From the IMG/VR virus record IMGVR_UViG_3300036770_001578, positions 1 to 56,826 of that record: DNA of 56,826 bases; one strand, 5' to 3'. The notes under the pieces are model-generated. The model saw nothing but the letters and a program-made list of their open reading frames with translations, searched no databases and was not told the origin of the DNA. The position numbers and the translations under genes are program-made. The DNA is from a virus (Duplodnaviria > Caudoviricetes). Shown piece after piece: positions 18,636-27,151 of the stretch. Within the stretch, counting starts at the first letter, position 1. Every line of letters starts with the position of its first letter.

Positions 18636-19421
18636 CTAGCTAATAACTTGGTAGTCGTGATGAATGAAACCCTCCTCTTTGATTTTGTGTTTGTTGATGG
18701 TGCATGAACGAACATAAACAACCTTGCCACTCCTGAGTCTTCTTTGGTGTCCTCTACGGTCATGAGGCTTCGGGCTGGCGTGAGTGCCGCCTTGAGGCGC
18801 TACCTCCTTTCGTCTTGGTTCAAGATCAATCTCAACCGTTGTCCACTCAAAAAACTGCCGCTTACCTTTCGCTCTGCGCTTGGCGTTGTGATGATGGTCT
18901 CTTAGCTTTGCACCAATGATCTTGCAACCTTGCGCCGGGATGCCATAACACAGCAAAAAGATTCTGGTCATAACGAGTTCAGCGGTATTGGCATATTCTT
19001 CGTCAAGCTTTGATACATCCTTTGGGTCTACATTTATCGCTTTCAAATATTTCGGGTGAAAACGCACCGTAAAGGAATCTTCATAGTTGAAATTCTCTTT
19101 GAAGATTATCGTGAACGCTGGCTCTGCAAGGCGTATCATGAAACCTTTGATAGTAAGTTCTGGACCGTTGCGATCAACTAATACCGGGTATGGAATCGAA
19201 TGTGAATTATTTTCTGGTGACTTTATCGTGATAATCAGACCTATACGATCAAAGGGCATAGGCAAGTCTGAAATATTTTTGTTCAGGCTTTCCAGTGGAT
19301 TTTTACTCGTCCACTCAGAAAAAATAAACCTGAACCCAGACTGCTCTGTCACATCAAACCAGACATGAGAGACCGGGCTGACTGGCAAAAGAGACACATA
19401 CTCCGCGACGATGGGGCTCAT
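18636..19421 (-). CDS. hypothetical protein with C-terminal HASP..H.RRGH.R motif
   Basis: GGTHASPKPHDRRGHQRRLRSGKVVYVR; slightly AT-richer than flanks. Confidence 0.7.
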   Translation of the reverse strand: MSPIVAEYVSLLPVSPVSHVWFDVTEQSGFRFIFSEWTSKNPLESLNKNISDLPMPFDRIGLIITIKSPENNSHSIPYPVLVDRNGPELTIKGFMIRLAEPAFTIIFKENFNYEDSFTVRFHPKYLKAINVDPKDVSKLDEEYANTAELVMTRIFLLCYGIPAQGCKIIGAKLRDHHHNAKRRAKGKRQFFEWTTVEIDLEPRRKEVAPQGGTHASPKPHDRRGHQRRLRSGKVVYVRSCTINKHKIKEEGFIHHDYQVIS

Positions 19422-19432
19422 GCTGGTCCCCT

Positions 19433-20191
19433 CTAACCTCCCTTCAATCCGGTCTTGCAGTACTTAAACACGTCCAGAATTTCCTGGTAGGTCTTTGCGT
19501 CTTTCTTCTTCAAGACATTCAGGACAGACTGGTTTGCAGACCAAAGTTCGGTCAGTTCCGCAACACTGGTGCAGGAACGGGCACACTCGATGAAGCTGAA
19601 AGCTTCCCAACCCTCTGGGATAGTGTCTTCAGATTTCTTCTGGGTGTCAGGGTGAGGAGCGCGGGGTTCCTCTTTAACCTTCGCCTTGGGTTCTACCTCG
19701 GGCTTAGGTCTCTCCTCCACATCATGCTCAGAGGCAATCTCAGGATCGTCTCCAGTCTCCAGCATGAAGGTCTTCAGTAAGGCGTATTTGCTAGCCCCAG
19801 TCAAAGCCTTGTAGATCCCTTTATCACCGACCCCTCTGCTGTTCTTATCGTTACCAGAACCTGCAGCGCGGAAGGTGATGAAGTTTCCTTCCTCATCAAA
19901 GAGTCGATAGATCACCAGGACATTGGTGTTCCCATGAGGGTCTTGAGAGACAGACTCAACGCTAGGAATCATGAAGAGACCAGCCTCGATCAAAGCAGGC
20001 CTGATGGCTGCGATAGCGTTAGCCTCAGAGGCGTACTTGTACCCCTGGAACTCATTCTTCCCGTCCTTCTGGACGTACCCCACCCTTTTCATCACCTGCA
20101 TCACCTTCGCTGCGATACTGGCTGCACCACTGTGAGACGCCACAGAAATTTCCTGTACATCTAACTGGCTCACCCCTTCTAAATTCGACAT
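19433..20191 (-). CDS. erf: ERF-family ssDNA annealing protein
   Basis: KDGKNEFQGYKYAS...GSGND...DKGIYKALTGASKYALLKTFML..GDDPE; AAGGAG RBS 7 nt before ATG 20191. Confidence 0.85.
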   Translation of the reverse strand: MSNLEGVSQLDVQEISVASHSGAASIAAKVMQVMKRVGYVQKDGKNEFQGYKYASEANAIAAIRPALIEAGLFMIPSVESVSQDPHGNTNVLVIYRLFDEEGNFITFRAAGSGNDKNSRGVGDKGIYKALTGASKYALLKTFMLETGDDPEIASEHDVEERPKPEVEPKAKVKEEPRAPHPDTQKKSEDTIPEGWEAFSFIECARSCTSVAELTELWSANQSVLNVLKKKDAKTYQEILDVFKYCKTGLKGG

Positions 20192-20960
20192 AACCATTCT
20201 CCTTTTTTGCTAGCTCTTCAGCTTCTTCCTTGGTTTCAAAAACACGGATGGCAGTCTTTCTGCCTTCCCTCTTTACGGCGTAAGTCGATGTTCTGACCCA
20301 ACGCTCTTCTTCTGTGCAGAACGGAAGCTCTTCGTCCATGTCTGCAAGAAACTTGGATTCCTTGTGGAGAGCGATCCTCTCCTCCACGTACCTCTGAGTC
20401 TTTTCGTGATCCCATAGCGGTAGGTCTATGACCTGGATGGGAGCAGGTGGGTAGTCAGACTTCAAAGCTGCGTCCCTTCGTGACCAGTCCCGGATCAGGG
20501 CACAGATCTGTACCCCCAGGACTTCCACCCCCTTCTTCTCCCGCACCATCCAGGCGTAGATGTTCTGCTGGGCCTCCCAGTCGAACTTGTCAGCCCTGAC
20601 AGCCCAGGCGGAGGTGAACTTGTAGTCGGTGATCAAGATCCCTTCAGGGGTGACCTTCTGCAGGTCTATGGCCCCAGAGAGGACGACATTGCTAACCTCA
20701 ACATGGAGCCTTTCCTCGACTATGTGGTTATCAGTCTGGCCCTTCTCGGCTACCACATGCAGGGCCCTTCCCAGCATCGACCACAGCATGTCGGAGACAT
20801 CCTGCTCCATGTCCTGCCAGTGCTTGCGCCTGAGTCTTTGAATCCTGGGGGGAGAGATGATCTCGGTGACTGAGAAGTCAGCCAAGCCTTTGGTGTAGTC
20901 ATCGTTAGCAGCTAACGAGACCAATGTTTCTGGTACATTAAACTTGTTCGTTATCCTCAA
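20052..20960 (-). CDS. PD-(D/E)XK Cas4-like exonuclease
   Basis: VEERL...GAIDL...ITDYKFT...QQNIYAW and C-terminal Cys cluster C...RC...FC....C..Y; TTG start with AGGAGG RBS. Confidence 0.85.
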   Translation of the reverse strand: MRITNKFNVPETLVSLAANDDYTKGLADFSVTEIISPPRIQRLRRKHWQDMEQDVSDMLWSMLGRALHVVAEKGQTDNHIVEERLHVEVSNVVLSGAIDLQKVTPEGILITDYKFTSAWAVRADKFDWEAQQNIYAWMVREKKGVEVLGVQICALIRDWSRRDAALKSDYPPAPIQVIDLPLWDHEKTQRYVEERIALHKESKFLADMDEELPFCTEEERWVRTSTYAVKREGRKTAIRVFETKEEAEELAKKENGYVEFRRGEPVRCTGNFCGVSQWCSQYRSEGDAGDEKGGVRPEGREE

Positions 20961-20974
20961 AGGAGCCTCCTGTA

Positions 20975-21376
20975 ATGAAAGAGAACGATAACACTAACAC
21001 GAGCGAAGTGCAAACATTTGTAGTTTACGGTGAGCCAGCATCAAAAGCAAATAGCCGGAAGATGGTCACCATCGGAGGGGTGCCGAGACTGATCAAGTCC
21101 AGGAAGGCTTTGTCCTACTCAGAGGCGTTTAAACTGCAATGCAAGGGCTCCCCGGTGGAGGGTGATGTCAAGGTATCTATGACCATCTACTACGCCTCCA
21201 GAAGGCCGGATTTGGACGAATCGCTGATATTGGATCTGCTGCAGGGAGTGGCTTACCTCAACGACCGTCAGGTCAAGGAGAAGCACATCATCTGGGGGTT
21301 GGATAAGGAAAACCCTAGGGCAGAGATCAGAGTCGAAAAAAAACCCCCGGACGTGCCGGGGGAAGGGGGGAGGTGA
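20975..21376 (+). CDS. rusA: RusA-like Holliday junction resolvase
   Basis: GEPASKANSR...RRPDLDE..ILDLLQG...NDRQV...NPRAEIRV; true start could be GTG 21008. Confidence 0.85.
   Translation: MKENDNTNTSEVQTFVVYGEPASKANSRKMVTIGGVPRLIKSRKALSYSEAFKLQCKGSPVEGDVKVSMTIYYASRRPDLDESLILDLLQGVAYLNDRQVKEKHIIWGLDKENPRAEIRVEKKPPDVPGEGGR
20985..21013 (-). promoter_or_regulatory. sigma70-like promoter for nuclease/erf operon
   Basis: Minus strand TTGCAC-N17-TATCGT just upstream of the 20960 start. Confidence 0.55.
21336..21362 (-). terminator. intrinsic terminator of leftward sRNA
   Basis: Minus strand CCCCCGG-cacgt-CCGGGGG followed by T8. Confidence 0.8.
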
Positions 21377-21420
21377 GTCAATCACCTTCGGAGAGTCTTG
21401 GAGGCTCAATTCCTAGACTG
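21336..21420 (-). ncRNA. putative ~85-nt antisense sRNA
   Basis: Bounded by near-consensus promoter and terminator; hairpins AGUCUAGGA-AUUGAGCC-UCCAAGACU and GGUGA-UUGAC-UCACC; complementary to 22536-22554. Confidence 0.65.
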
Positions 21421-21426
21421 GATGAG

Positions 21427-21471
21427 ACTATATGAGATGAGTTGACACCTGTCAAACCTGGGGATTAATAT
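21427..21471. promoter_or_regulatory. overlapping divergent sigma70 promoters
   Basis: TTGACA-cc-TGTCAA inverted repeat at 21442-21455; minus TTGACA-N17-TATAGT, plus TTGACA-N18-TAATAT. Confidence 0.75.
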
Positions 21472-21476
21472 TCGGC

Positions 21477-21613
21477 TGTCGGAAGTGACGCTCCGGCATC
21501 ATGGGAAAGGATAGAACCTCTTAGAGAGGGCTTGTTGCCATCGTTTCTTTCCCCGATGCTGGCCTGTCAAGCCCAAGTCCTCTCTAAGGGGTTTTTCTTT
21601 TGGGCCTTCCGAC
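21477..21613 (+). ncRNA. structured leader / C4-like regulatory RNA
   Basis: 22-bp stem 21513-21534/21574-21595 followed by U-rich tract; its loop is complementary to 21493-21511; GTCGGAAG (21478) pairs with CTTCCGAC (21606). Confidence 0.55.
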
Positions 21614-22302
21614 CGTACTCCAGACGGACTAAGGGCTTACCCCGGCTGCGTGGAAGAAAAGGGTACAGGTAGGACTAAATGAAAAAAAAGTCCACGGTGC
21701 AATTCCAAGAATCCTGCGACTGGCAGAACTCCCAAGTCGAGGGCGTAGCGTAACCAACCGCTAGCATGGGAGTCCGGTATATCCGGGGGTGGAGCCACCC
21801 TGTTCCGTACCCTTCGCGGGGTAGGGGGCAGTCTGGGTGGAAAATATAAAAAAGGGTGTTAATAGCTAACAGCAGACCCTGATAGTTAACACTACAGCCT
21901 GATTGCTAGCGATAGGAAAGGCAGTTAAGATGAGTAACAGTTCAGGAGTCTATGCACATGAAGCTCGGGCAGTGCTGCATCACTGTTTCCGTGCAGGGAG
22001 TCGGGGAGGTTTCCATACCTATGATCCGAATCGGGCTTCAGTTGCATGGGCTTCCCTGTCTCCGTAAGTGAATGGATGTGAGAGTCGGTTTACTTATGGG
22101 AAGCCCATGACCTTCTGCACTGCAATGTTCCTCATCAAAACCGGCGAGAGATACGGTATACGACTGTATAAAGTATCAGGCCCTAGAAGGGCAAGAAATC
22201 TCTTCCAGGGCCGGTATCCCGAGAGTAAAATCATCAAACTGGATATCTTTTACGGTAGCAATCCAGTTCAACACAGTGAACTCCCACAGTTAGGAAAAGA
22301 AG

Positions 22303-22530
22303 ATGCGGGACTGGAAGAAGGAATACCAGCTTCAGAAGAAGCGTGGCGACACGAAGGGTCAGATCGAGCGGCAGAGAGCCCGAAGGATGTACGACCAAAA
22401 TGGAGTGGATCGCAATGGAAAAGACATCGAGCACAAAAAGCCAATCAGCAAGGGGGGAAAGTCAACAGCAAAAAATCTAACACTACGGGATCGCTCTTCT
22501 AACCGAAGAGACAACAAGAAATCCTCTTAA
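22303..22530 (+). CDS. small HNH-like protein (T7 gp7.7-like)
   Basis: MRDWKKEY...GKDIEHKKPISKGG...NLTLRDRSSNR. Confidence 0.7.
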   Translation: MRDWKKEYQLQKKRGDTKGQIERQRARRMYDQNGVDRNGKDIEHKKPISKGGKSTAKNLTLRDRSSNRRDNKKSS

Positions 22531-22552
22531 CTAGTGTCAATCTGGAGGCTCA

Positions 22553-24226
22553 ATGAATCTGGCACATGTTTACGTATCACCAGGGCAAACCGTTCGGGTT
22601 GCCTGTCCTGAATGCAGTCCTCAACGCCGTAAGTTCAACAGCAAAGACCTGTCGGTCACGTCCAAGGACGATGGCCTTTTCTACTATTGTCATCACTGCG
22701 GGGCCTCTGGCGTCTTCTCGTCCCGCCCAAGGGAGAGAAAATTGTCAGCCGTTCCATCAGCCAAAACAATCCAAGCACCGCTAACAGCAGACCATCTTGC
22801 TTACCTCAGCACCAGAGGTATCAGTCAAGAGACAGCAGAGAGAATGAAGGTGTTCTCTGCCAGGAAATGGTTCAACCGTCTCGGGAAGGAAACCCAGGCG
22901 ATAGGTTTTCCCTACTATCGTGACGGCGTATTAGTTTCTGCCAAATACCGCAGCATCGAGGAGAAGGACTTCACCCAGGACGCTGGTGGCGCTCACGACT
23001 TCTTCGGGATTGATAACCTTGTACCAGACCACCCGATCGTTATCGTTGAGGGAGAGATAGACGCCCTTACCCTAATCGAATGTGGTATCCAAAACGCTCT
23101 ATCCGTCCCTGGAGGGGCTCCGCTGAAGGTGGCTGATGGTAAGGTACATGCCTCTGAAGACAAGCGCTTCTCGTTCGTCTGGAACGCCCATGAGGCCCTT
23201 GAGAGATCCCAGTGGGTCATCATTGCTACCGACAATGACGGGCCGGGGCAGGCTCTAGCCGAAGAGCTAGCCAGAAGGATAGGCAAAGACAAGTGCAAAC
23301 TAGCCAAACTTATCCACAAGGATTTAAACGAGACATTACTGAAGGATGGCAAGGAAGAGGTTTTAAGGATCGTTAACAGTGCAGAGCCTTACCCAGTAGA
23401 AGGATTGTCTTCAGCACAGGATTACAAGGATCGTTTAAACGACCTATGGGTAAAGGGGGTAGGGAAGGGTTGCTCTACCGGGTACGACACAGTAGACAGG
23501 ATTTACACGGTAGTACCAGGACAGCTAACAGTTGTGACGGGTTACCCCTCTTCGGGTAAATCGAACTTTGTAGACCAGATGATGGTCAACCTGGGAAGGA
23601 GAGAGGACTGGAAGTTTGCAGTCTGCTCTTTCGAAAACGCTCCAGAGATCCACATCTCCCGCCTGATGGAGATCTATATCGGCAAGAGGTTCTTTGAGGG
23701 AACCAAGAGGATGGAGCAGGAGGATCATGACAAGTCTTTCGAATGGGTCAATGACCACTTTATGTTTATGAACTCCGAGTCAGCAGAGCCAGCGACACTG
23801 GAATCAATCCTCGCAAGGGCCAAGGTAGCGGTTGCCCGGTACGGGATCAGAGGAATGGTGATCGATCCCTACAATTACATCGAGATGGGGCGAAGAGATG
23901 GAGCAGAAACAGAATCTATCAGCAACATGCTTTCTCGGGTTCAAGCGTTTGCAAAGGCCTATGGAGTCCATGTCTGGTTCGTTGCCCACCCCTCCAAGAT
24001 GCAGCGATCCGGAAACGAACTCCCAAGACCAGACGGGATGTCCATCTCCGGATCAATGGCATGGTGGGCAAAAGCAGACTGCGGGATCACAGTCCACCGG
24101 GTAGAGAAACAAACACAGATAGCGGTATGGAAATGCAGGTACCGCTGGGTTGGCAGTCAGGGAGAAACAAACCTGGACTTCGACCCCGTTACAGGAACCT
24201 ATAAGGAAGTCGAAGACGCCTTCTAG
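22553..24226 (+). CDS. primase-helicase (T7 gp4 / Twinkle-like)
   Basis: Zn finger CPEC...CHHC, TOPRIM VEGEIDAL/ATDND, Walker A GYPSSGKS, VIDPYN, FVAHP. Confidence 0.93.
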   Translation: MNLAHVYVSPGQTVRVACPECSPQRRKFNSKDLSVTSKDDGLFYYCHHCGASGVFSSRPRERKLSAVPSAKTIQAPLTADHLAYLSTRGISQETAERMKVFSARKWFNRLGKETQAIGFPYYRDGVLVSAKYRSIEEKDFTQDAGGAHDFFGIDNLVPDHPIVIVEGEIDALTLIECGIQNALSVPGGAPLKVADGKVHASEDKRFSFVWNAHEALERSQWVIIATDNDGPGQALAEELARRIGKDKCKLAKLIHKDLNETLLKDGKEEVLRIVNSAEPYPVEGLSSAQDYKDRLNDLWVKGVGKGCSTGYDTVDRIYTVVPGQLTVVTGYPSSGKSNFVDQMMVNLGRREDWKFAVCSFENAPEIHISRLMEIYIGKRFFEGTKRMEQEDHDKSFEWVNDHFMFMNSESAEPATLESILARAKVAVARYGIRGMVIDPYNYIEMGRRDGAETESISNMLSRVQAFAKAYGVHVWFVAHPSKMQRSGNELPRPDGMSISGSMAWWAKADCGITVHRVEKQTQIAVWKCRYRWVGSQGETNLDFDPVTGTYKEVEDAF

Positions 24227-24435
24227 TGCATACTGGGATCGTCTGGGTTCATAGACAAACGAAAGGCCAAGGCTTCTAGGATCTTATCCTTGTCTATCTT
24301 TTGGACAGTGCAGACCAGGGCAATGACCTCCATCAAGGAAGTCATGCCCAAAGCAAACGATGCATCTTTCTCTCCCAGAAGATTAAGAATGCTTTCCGCT
24401 AATTCTCTCACCTCATCTTTAGTGCTCATTTCCAA
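24223..24435 (-). CDS. hypothetical protein
   Basis: 70 aa, last gene of leftward operon. Confidence 0.55.
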   Translation of the reverse strand: MEMSTKDEVRELAESILNLLGEKDASFALGMTSLMEVIALVCTVQKIDKDKILEALAFRLSMNPDDPSMH

Positions 24436-24770
24436 GAGTCTCCCTTTAGTTTTAGCAATCGGTTACCGAGACCATCCTTCTTCTTAACCTCCCCAAGCAT
24501 TAACCGACTAGACGAAAGACACCTCTTGGTTTTTATGTCGTAGAGAGATCCGGTGACGGCGTCCATGAGGAAGACCTTCTTCTTCGGGTCAGTGCCGATA
24601 TAAACCGGGGTCATAACCCTCTCTCCCATGTTTGTCATCCCGGCGAAAAGCTCGTGATTCTTTATCCATTCCTTCCTTCTGGCAACAGTCCCTTGAGGGA
24701 TGTAGTAGTCCAGACTGTAAAGATTCTTTGAGTCAGCGACCTTGATAGCGACATCAGTAGTGATTTCCAT
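24426..24770 (-). CDS. hypothetical protein
   Basis: 114 aa, AGGAG RBS, FLMDAVTGSLY motif. Confidence 0.65.
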   Translation of the reverse strand: MEITTDVAIKVADSKNLYSLDYYIPQGTVARRKEWIKNHELFAGMTNMGERVMTPVYIGTDPKKKVFLMDAVTGSLYDIKTKRCLSSSRLMLGEVKKKDGLGNRLLKLKGDSWK

Positions 24771-24772
24771 GG

Positions 24773-25120
24773 TTAGCTCCTGGCCCAGATGTATTCAAAG
24801 GTAGAGACAGCACCAGCGCGAAGTAGCTCCTCCCTGGTGTACTCATGTGAGTTGTACTCAAAGGAAGGTTTCTCGTAAATTACACCAGCCCTCTCCAGGG
24901 GTCTCCAGTACCCAGGCCCAACGTACTTCTTTACGCCAAGGTCTGTGTCTTCTTTGCTCTGTTTAAACAGGGGTACATAAAGAACGCTGACCTTGCTACC
25001 GTTCCAGTCAACCGTCTTCCGAAAGCATTCGGTAGCGTGTTTAGGTGCCTCGATGTTTGGTGCTGCCTTGTTGCCAGTCTTGCTAACAGTTTCGGATTTA
25101 CTAAAGCTAGGGATATTCAT
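24773..25120 (-). CDS. hypothetical protein
   Basis: 115 aa with GGAAGGAAG RBS. Confidence 0.6.
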   Translation of the reverse strand: MNIPSFSKSETVSKTGNKAAPNIEAPKHATECFRKTVDWNGSKVSVLYVPLFKQSKEDTDLGVKKYVGPGYWRPLERAGVIYEKPSFEYNSHEYTREELLRAGAVSTFEYIWARS

Positions 25121-25182
25121 TTGACTTCCTTCCGGTTTTTAATTGATTGCAGATATCTTGAGCATAAAAGATTGCTGTGGGC

Positions 25183-25413
25183 TCATCTCTTCACAAATCT
25201 TTCTGCCCTACGTTGCACCTTAACCTCTACGCACCAGCTATCTGCGTAGGCGCCCCTCTTTGGTATAGCCTTGTAGAGGTTGTCTTGGGTGAATTCCTGA
25301 CATGCCTTCTGTGTCATAAAGTACCCCTTATGCTGCATTAGCTGGCACTCAGTGACGTTCGGTGTTTCACAGAGCAACACCACAGGCACAAACAGTGTTA
25401 TCAGTTCTGTCAT
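25183..25413 (-). CDS. Cys-containing secreted/membrane hypothetical protein
   Basis: Hydrophobic N-terminus, 4 Cys. Confidence 0.55.
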   Translation of the reverse strand: MTELITLFVPVVLLCETPNVTECQLMQHKGYFMTQKACQEFTQDNLYKAIPKRGAYADSWCVEVKVQRRAERFVKR

Positions 25414-25613
25414 AGCTCTTTCCTTTCAGTTTTTTTATTAAGCCATTCTTGTAGCTCTAGCTTTGTACGAACATAGTTTTCTTTTGAGATACCAAGACGA
25501 TGAGCTAATGCAGCCTCTGCAAGAGTAACTCCTACAAGGGGTGTGCCGTCTCTCCAACCTAAATCCCATGGGTCAGGTTCTGTTTTAAACCTTGCTTTTT
25601 TTCTTACTCTCAT
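25410..25613 (-). CDS. hypothetical protein
   Basis: 67 aa, ATGA-coupled; AT-rich block. Confidence 0.55.
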   Translation of the reverse strand: MRVRKKARFKTEPDPWDLGWRDGTPLVGVTLAEAALAHRLGISKENYVRTKLELQEWLNKKTERKEL

Positions 25614-25876
25614 TTGTTCTTCTCCTTGTAATAAATGTGACCGTATTTATAAAAATCTTCGTAAGTAATTATTGAGTGGTACTCATCATCAAGAGAAGAT
25701 CTTAGGGTATCTAAAACTCTTAACACACGCACCGCATCTTTATGTGTTTTATGGCTCCATCCAAATTTACTGCCGCATGTGGATGAAAGTTCTAAAAGAT
25801 TACTTCTAATCTCCGTAACAACCTTTGCATGTTGCAAATGCTCATCTAATGTCATTCTTGGAAGTTTTTTACCCAT
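25610..25876 (-). CDS. hypothetical protein
   Basis: 88 aa with AGGAG RBS; AT-rich block. Confidence 0.6.
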   Translation of the reverse strand: MGKKLPRMTLDEHLQHAKVVTEIRSNLLELSSTCGSKFGWSHKTHKDAVRVLRVLDTLRSSLDDEYHSIITYEDFYKYGHIYYKEKNK

Positions 25877-26249
25877 TGTTCTTCTCCTTTAGTTTGGCTT
25901 CTGCCCATTTTGACCCGGCAATAAAACATCTTGTGCTAATTTTTTCTTTGGAGTAATCCTCATCCGTCAGCCCAACCCACTTGCTTTCGATCTTCTTTAT
26001 GTCTTCTGGTGTGTGGGTTCGCACTTGCTTTTCTTCCGGTGTTGTGTAATTAGGCTTGCCTCCCGCATAGGTCTTGACCCAGGGCTTCTCTGCCTCTGCG
26101 ATGGCTTGGCGTAGTGCGGTAATGGCTTGTCGTGCTGGTTCGCCACCGTCCACGACTCCACCAAAATCTTTAGGGTCGTTTGAAGACGTAACCACATGCA
26201 CATAATTTTTCAAAACCTCCAGTGCTTGCTTCATTGCCTCGATGCTCAT
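25869..26249 (-). CDS. mosaic hypothetical protein typical of betaproteobacterial phages
   Basis: MSIEAMKQALE...AITALRQAIAEAEK...WVGLTDE...AEAKLKEKN blocks. Confidence 0.7.
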   Translation of the reverse strand: MSIEAMKQALEVLKNYVHVVTSSNDPKDFGGVVDGGEPARQAITALRQAIAEAEKPWVKTYAGGKPNYTTPEEKQVRTHTPEDIKKIESKWVGLTDEDYSKEKISTRCFIAGSKWAEAKLKEKNNG

Positions 26250-26440
26250 TTCTCACCTCTTTGTCTTATCTCTTCAGCACAAGTAATCCCATCGTTTTGG
26301 GCACACTCGGTTTCGCAAAGAACAGCACACGCCTCACGCTCCCGATCTACCGCCCAGTTAACTAGACGATGGATAAATTCATCAGCATCGAGACCTTCCG
26401 GTAATGCCGCTATCAATTCTCCTATCTCTTCTTTGGTCAT
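26246..26440 (-). CDS. mosaic hypothetical protein
   Basis: EREACAVLCE...CAEEIRQRGEK block. Confidence 0.7.
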   Translation of the reverse strand: MTKEEIGELIAALPEGLDADEFIHRLVNWAVDREREACAVLCETECAQNDGITCAEEIRQRGEK

Positions 26441-26634
26441 ACACCCTCCAGGAATGTGGTTAATTCATTGAGCGCATCCTTCTCTAGCGTCACCTGGAAC
26501 TTCTTCTGTAGACCATCAGGATCTTTGGCCCCTGTCCACTGAGAATCAATCTTCAGGGTCTTGTGTTCTCCCCAATCGGTAACAGTGAAGTGCATCAGGT
26601 ATGTATCTGTTAATTGGATTACCAGCTTTTTCAT
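26437..26634 (-). CDS. hypothetical protein
   Basis: 65 aa with AAGGG RBS. Confidence 0.6.
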   Translation of the reverse strand: MKKLVIQLTDTYLMHFTVTDWGEHKTLKIDSQWTGAKDPDGLQKKFQVTLEKDALNELTTFLEGV

Positions 26635-26648
26635 TTATTCCCTTTCGT

Positions 26649-26966
26649 TTAAACGCCCCTACCGCTTTGGCAGGGCCACATGGCTGTTAGCTTGTTTGCG
26701 ATGATGCTGTCAGCGCTGTAATGCCGACTGCCTGGATTGTCTTCCAGGTGCTTTCTGATGATGTCTGTTAACTGACCTGCCGTGATGTTCGTGGGGGGAC
26801 ATACGACAATGCTGTACAGTGCATCGGTAACACCAAGCACGTACCCAAGGGCTAAACCTCTGTTAACACTACCTCCATTCATGTCTCTTAAAAGATCGTT
26901 GCCAGACATGAAGTGGGCACATGCAATTGATGGCGCTATCAAAAAACAGGCGATGATTTTTTTCAT
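26649..26966 (-). CDS. Rap1a-like immunity protein with signal peptide
   Basis: MKKIIACFLIAPSIACA signal; SGNDLL...GYVLGVTD...CPP...GQL..I..KHL..NP..RH..A...WPC. Confidence 0.75.
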   Translation of the reverse strand: MKKIIACFLIAPSIACAHFMSGNDLLRDMNGGSVNRGLALGYVLGVTDALYSIVVCPPTNITAGQLTDIIRKHLEDNPGSRHYSADSIIANKLTAMWPCQSGRGV

Positions 26967-27151
26967 TTCAGTTCCCTCTCTTTCAGTTCTTTAATTACCT
27001 CTTCGTTTCCTTCCGCTATCACTATCGCTTGCCTGATAGCGGCATTCCAGCCCTCAAGAAACCCTCTCCCAAAGGGAGAGGACTTCATTTGGATTCCGGT
27101 GATACCTGTCTCTGCAAAGCAGTACTTGTTCCATGCCTCTTCTACATTCAT
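26963..27151 (-). CDS. hypothetical protein
   Basis: 62 aa, ATGA-coupled. Confidence 0.55.
   Translation of the reverse strand: MNVEEAWNKYCFAETGITGIQMKSSPFGRGFLEGWNAAIRQAIVIAEGNEEVIKELKERELK

Noticed and set aside
20052-20960. CRISPR-Cas system suggested by the Cas4-like nuclease
   Set aside because: No repeat-spacer array or other cas genes; its position next to erf indicates a recombination exonuclease
21614-22067. tRNA gene or definite ORFs in the intergenic region
   Set aside because: No cloverleaf or T-loop found; 39-45 aa ORFs near 21930-22070 overlap in different frames and could not be supported
22068-22502. 144-aa ORF as a single gene
   Set aside because: Its 3' half overlaps the better supported HNH-like ORF and no motif was recognised; the 5' part may still be coding
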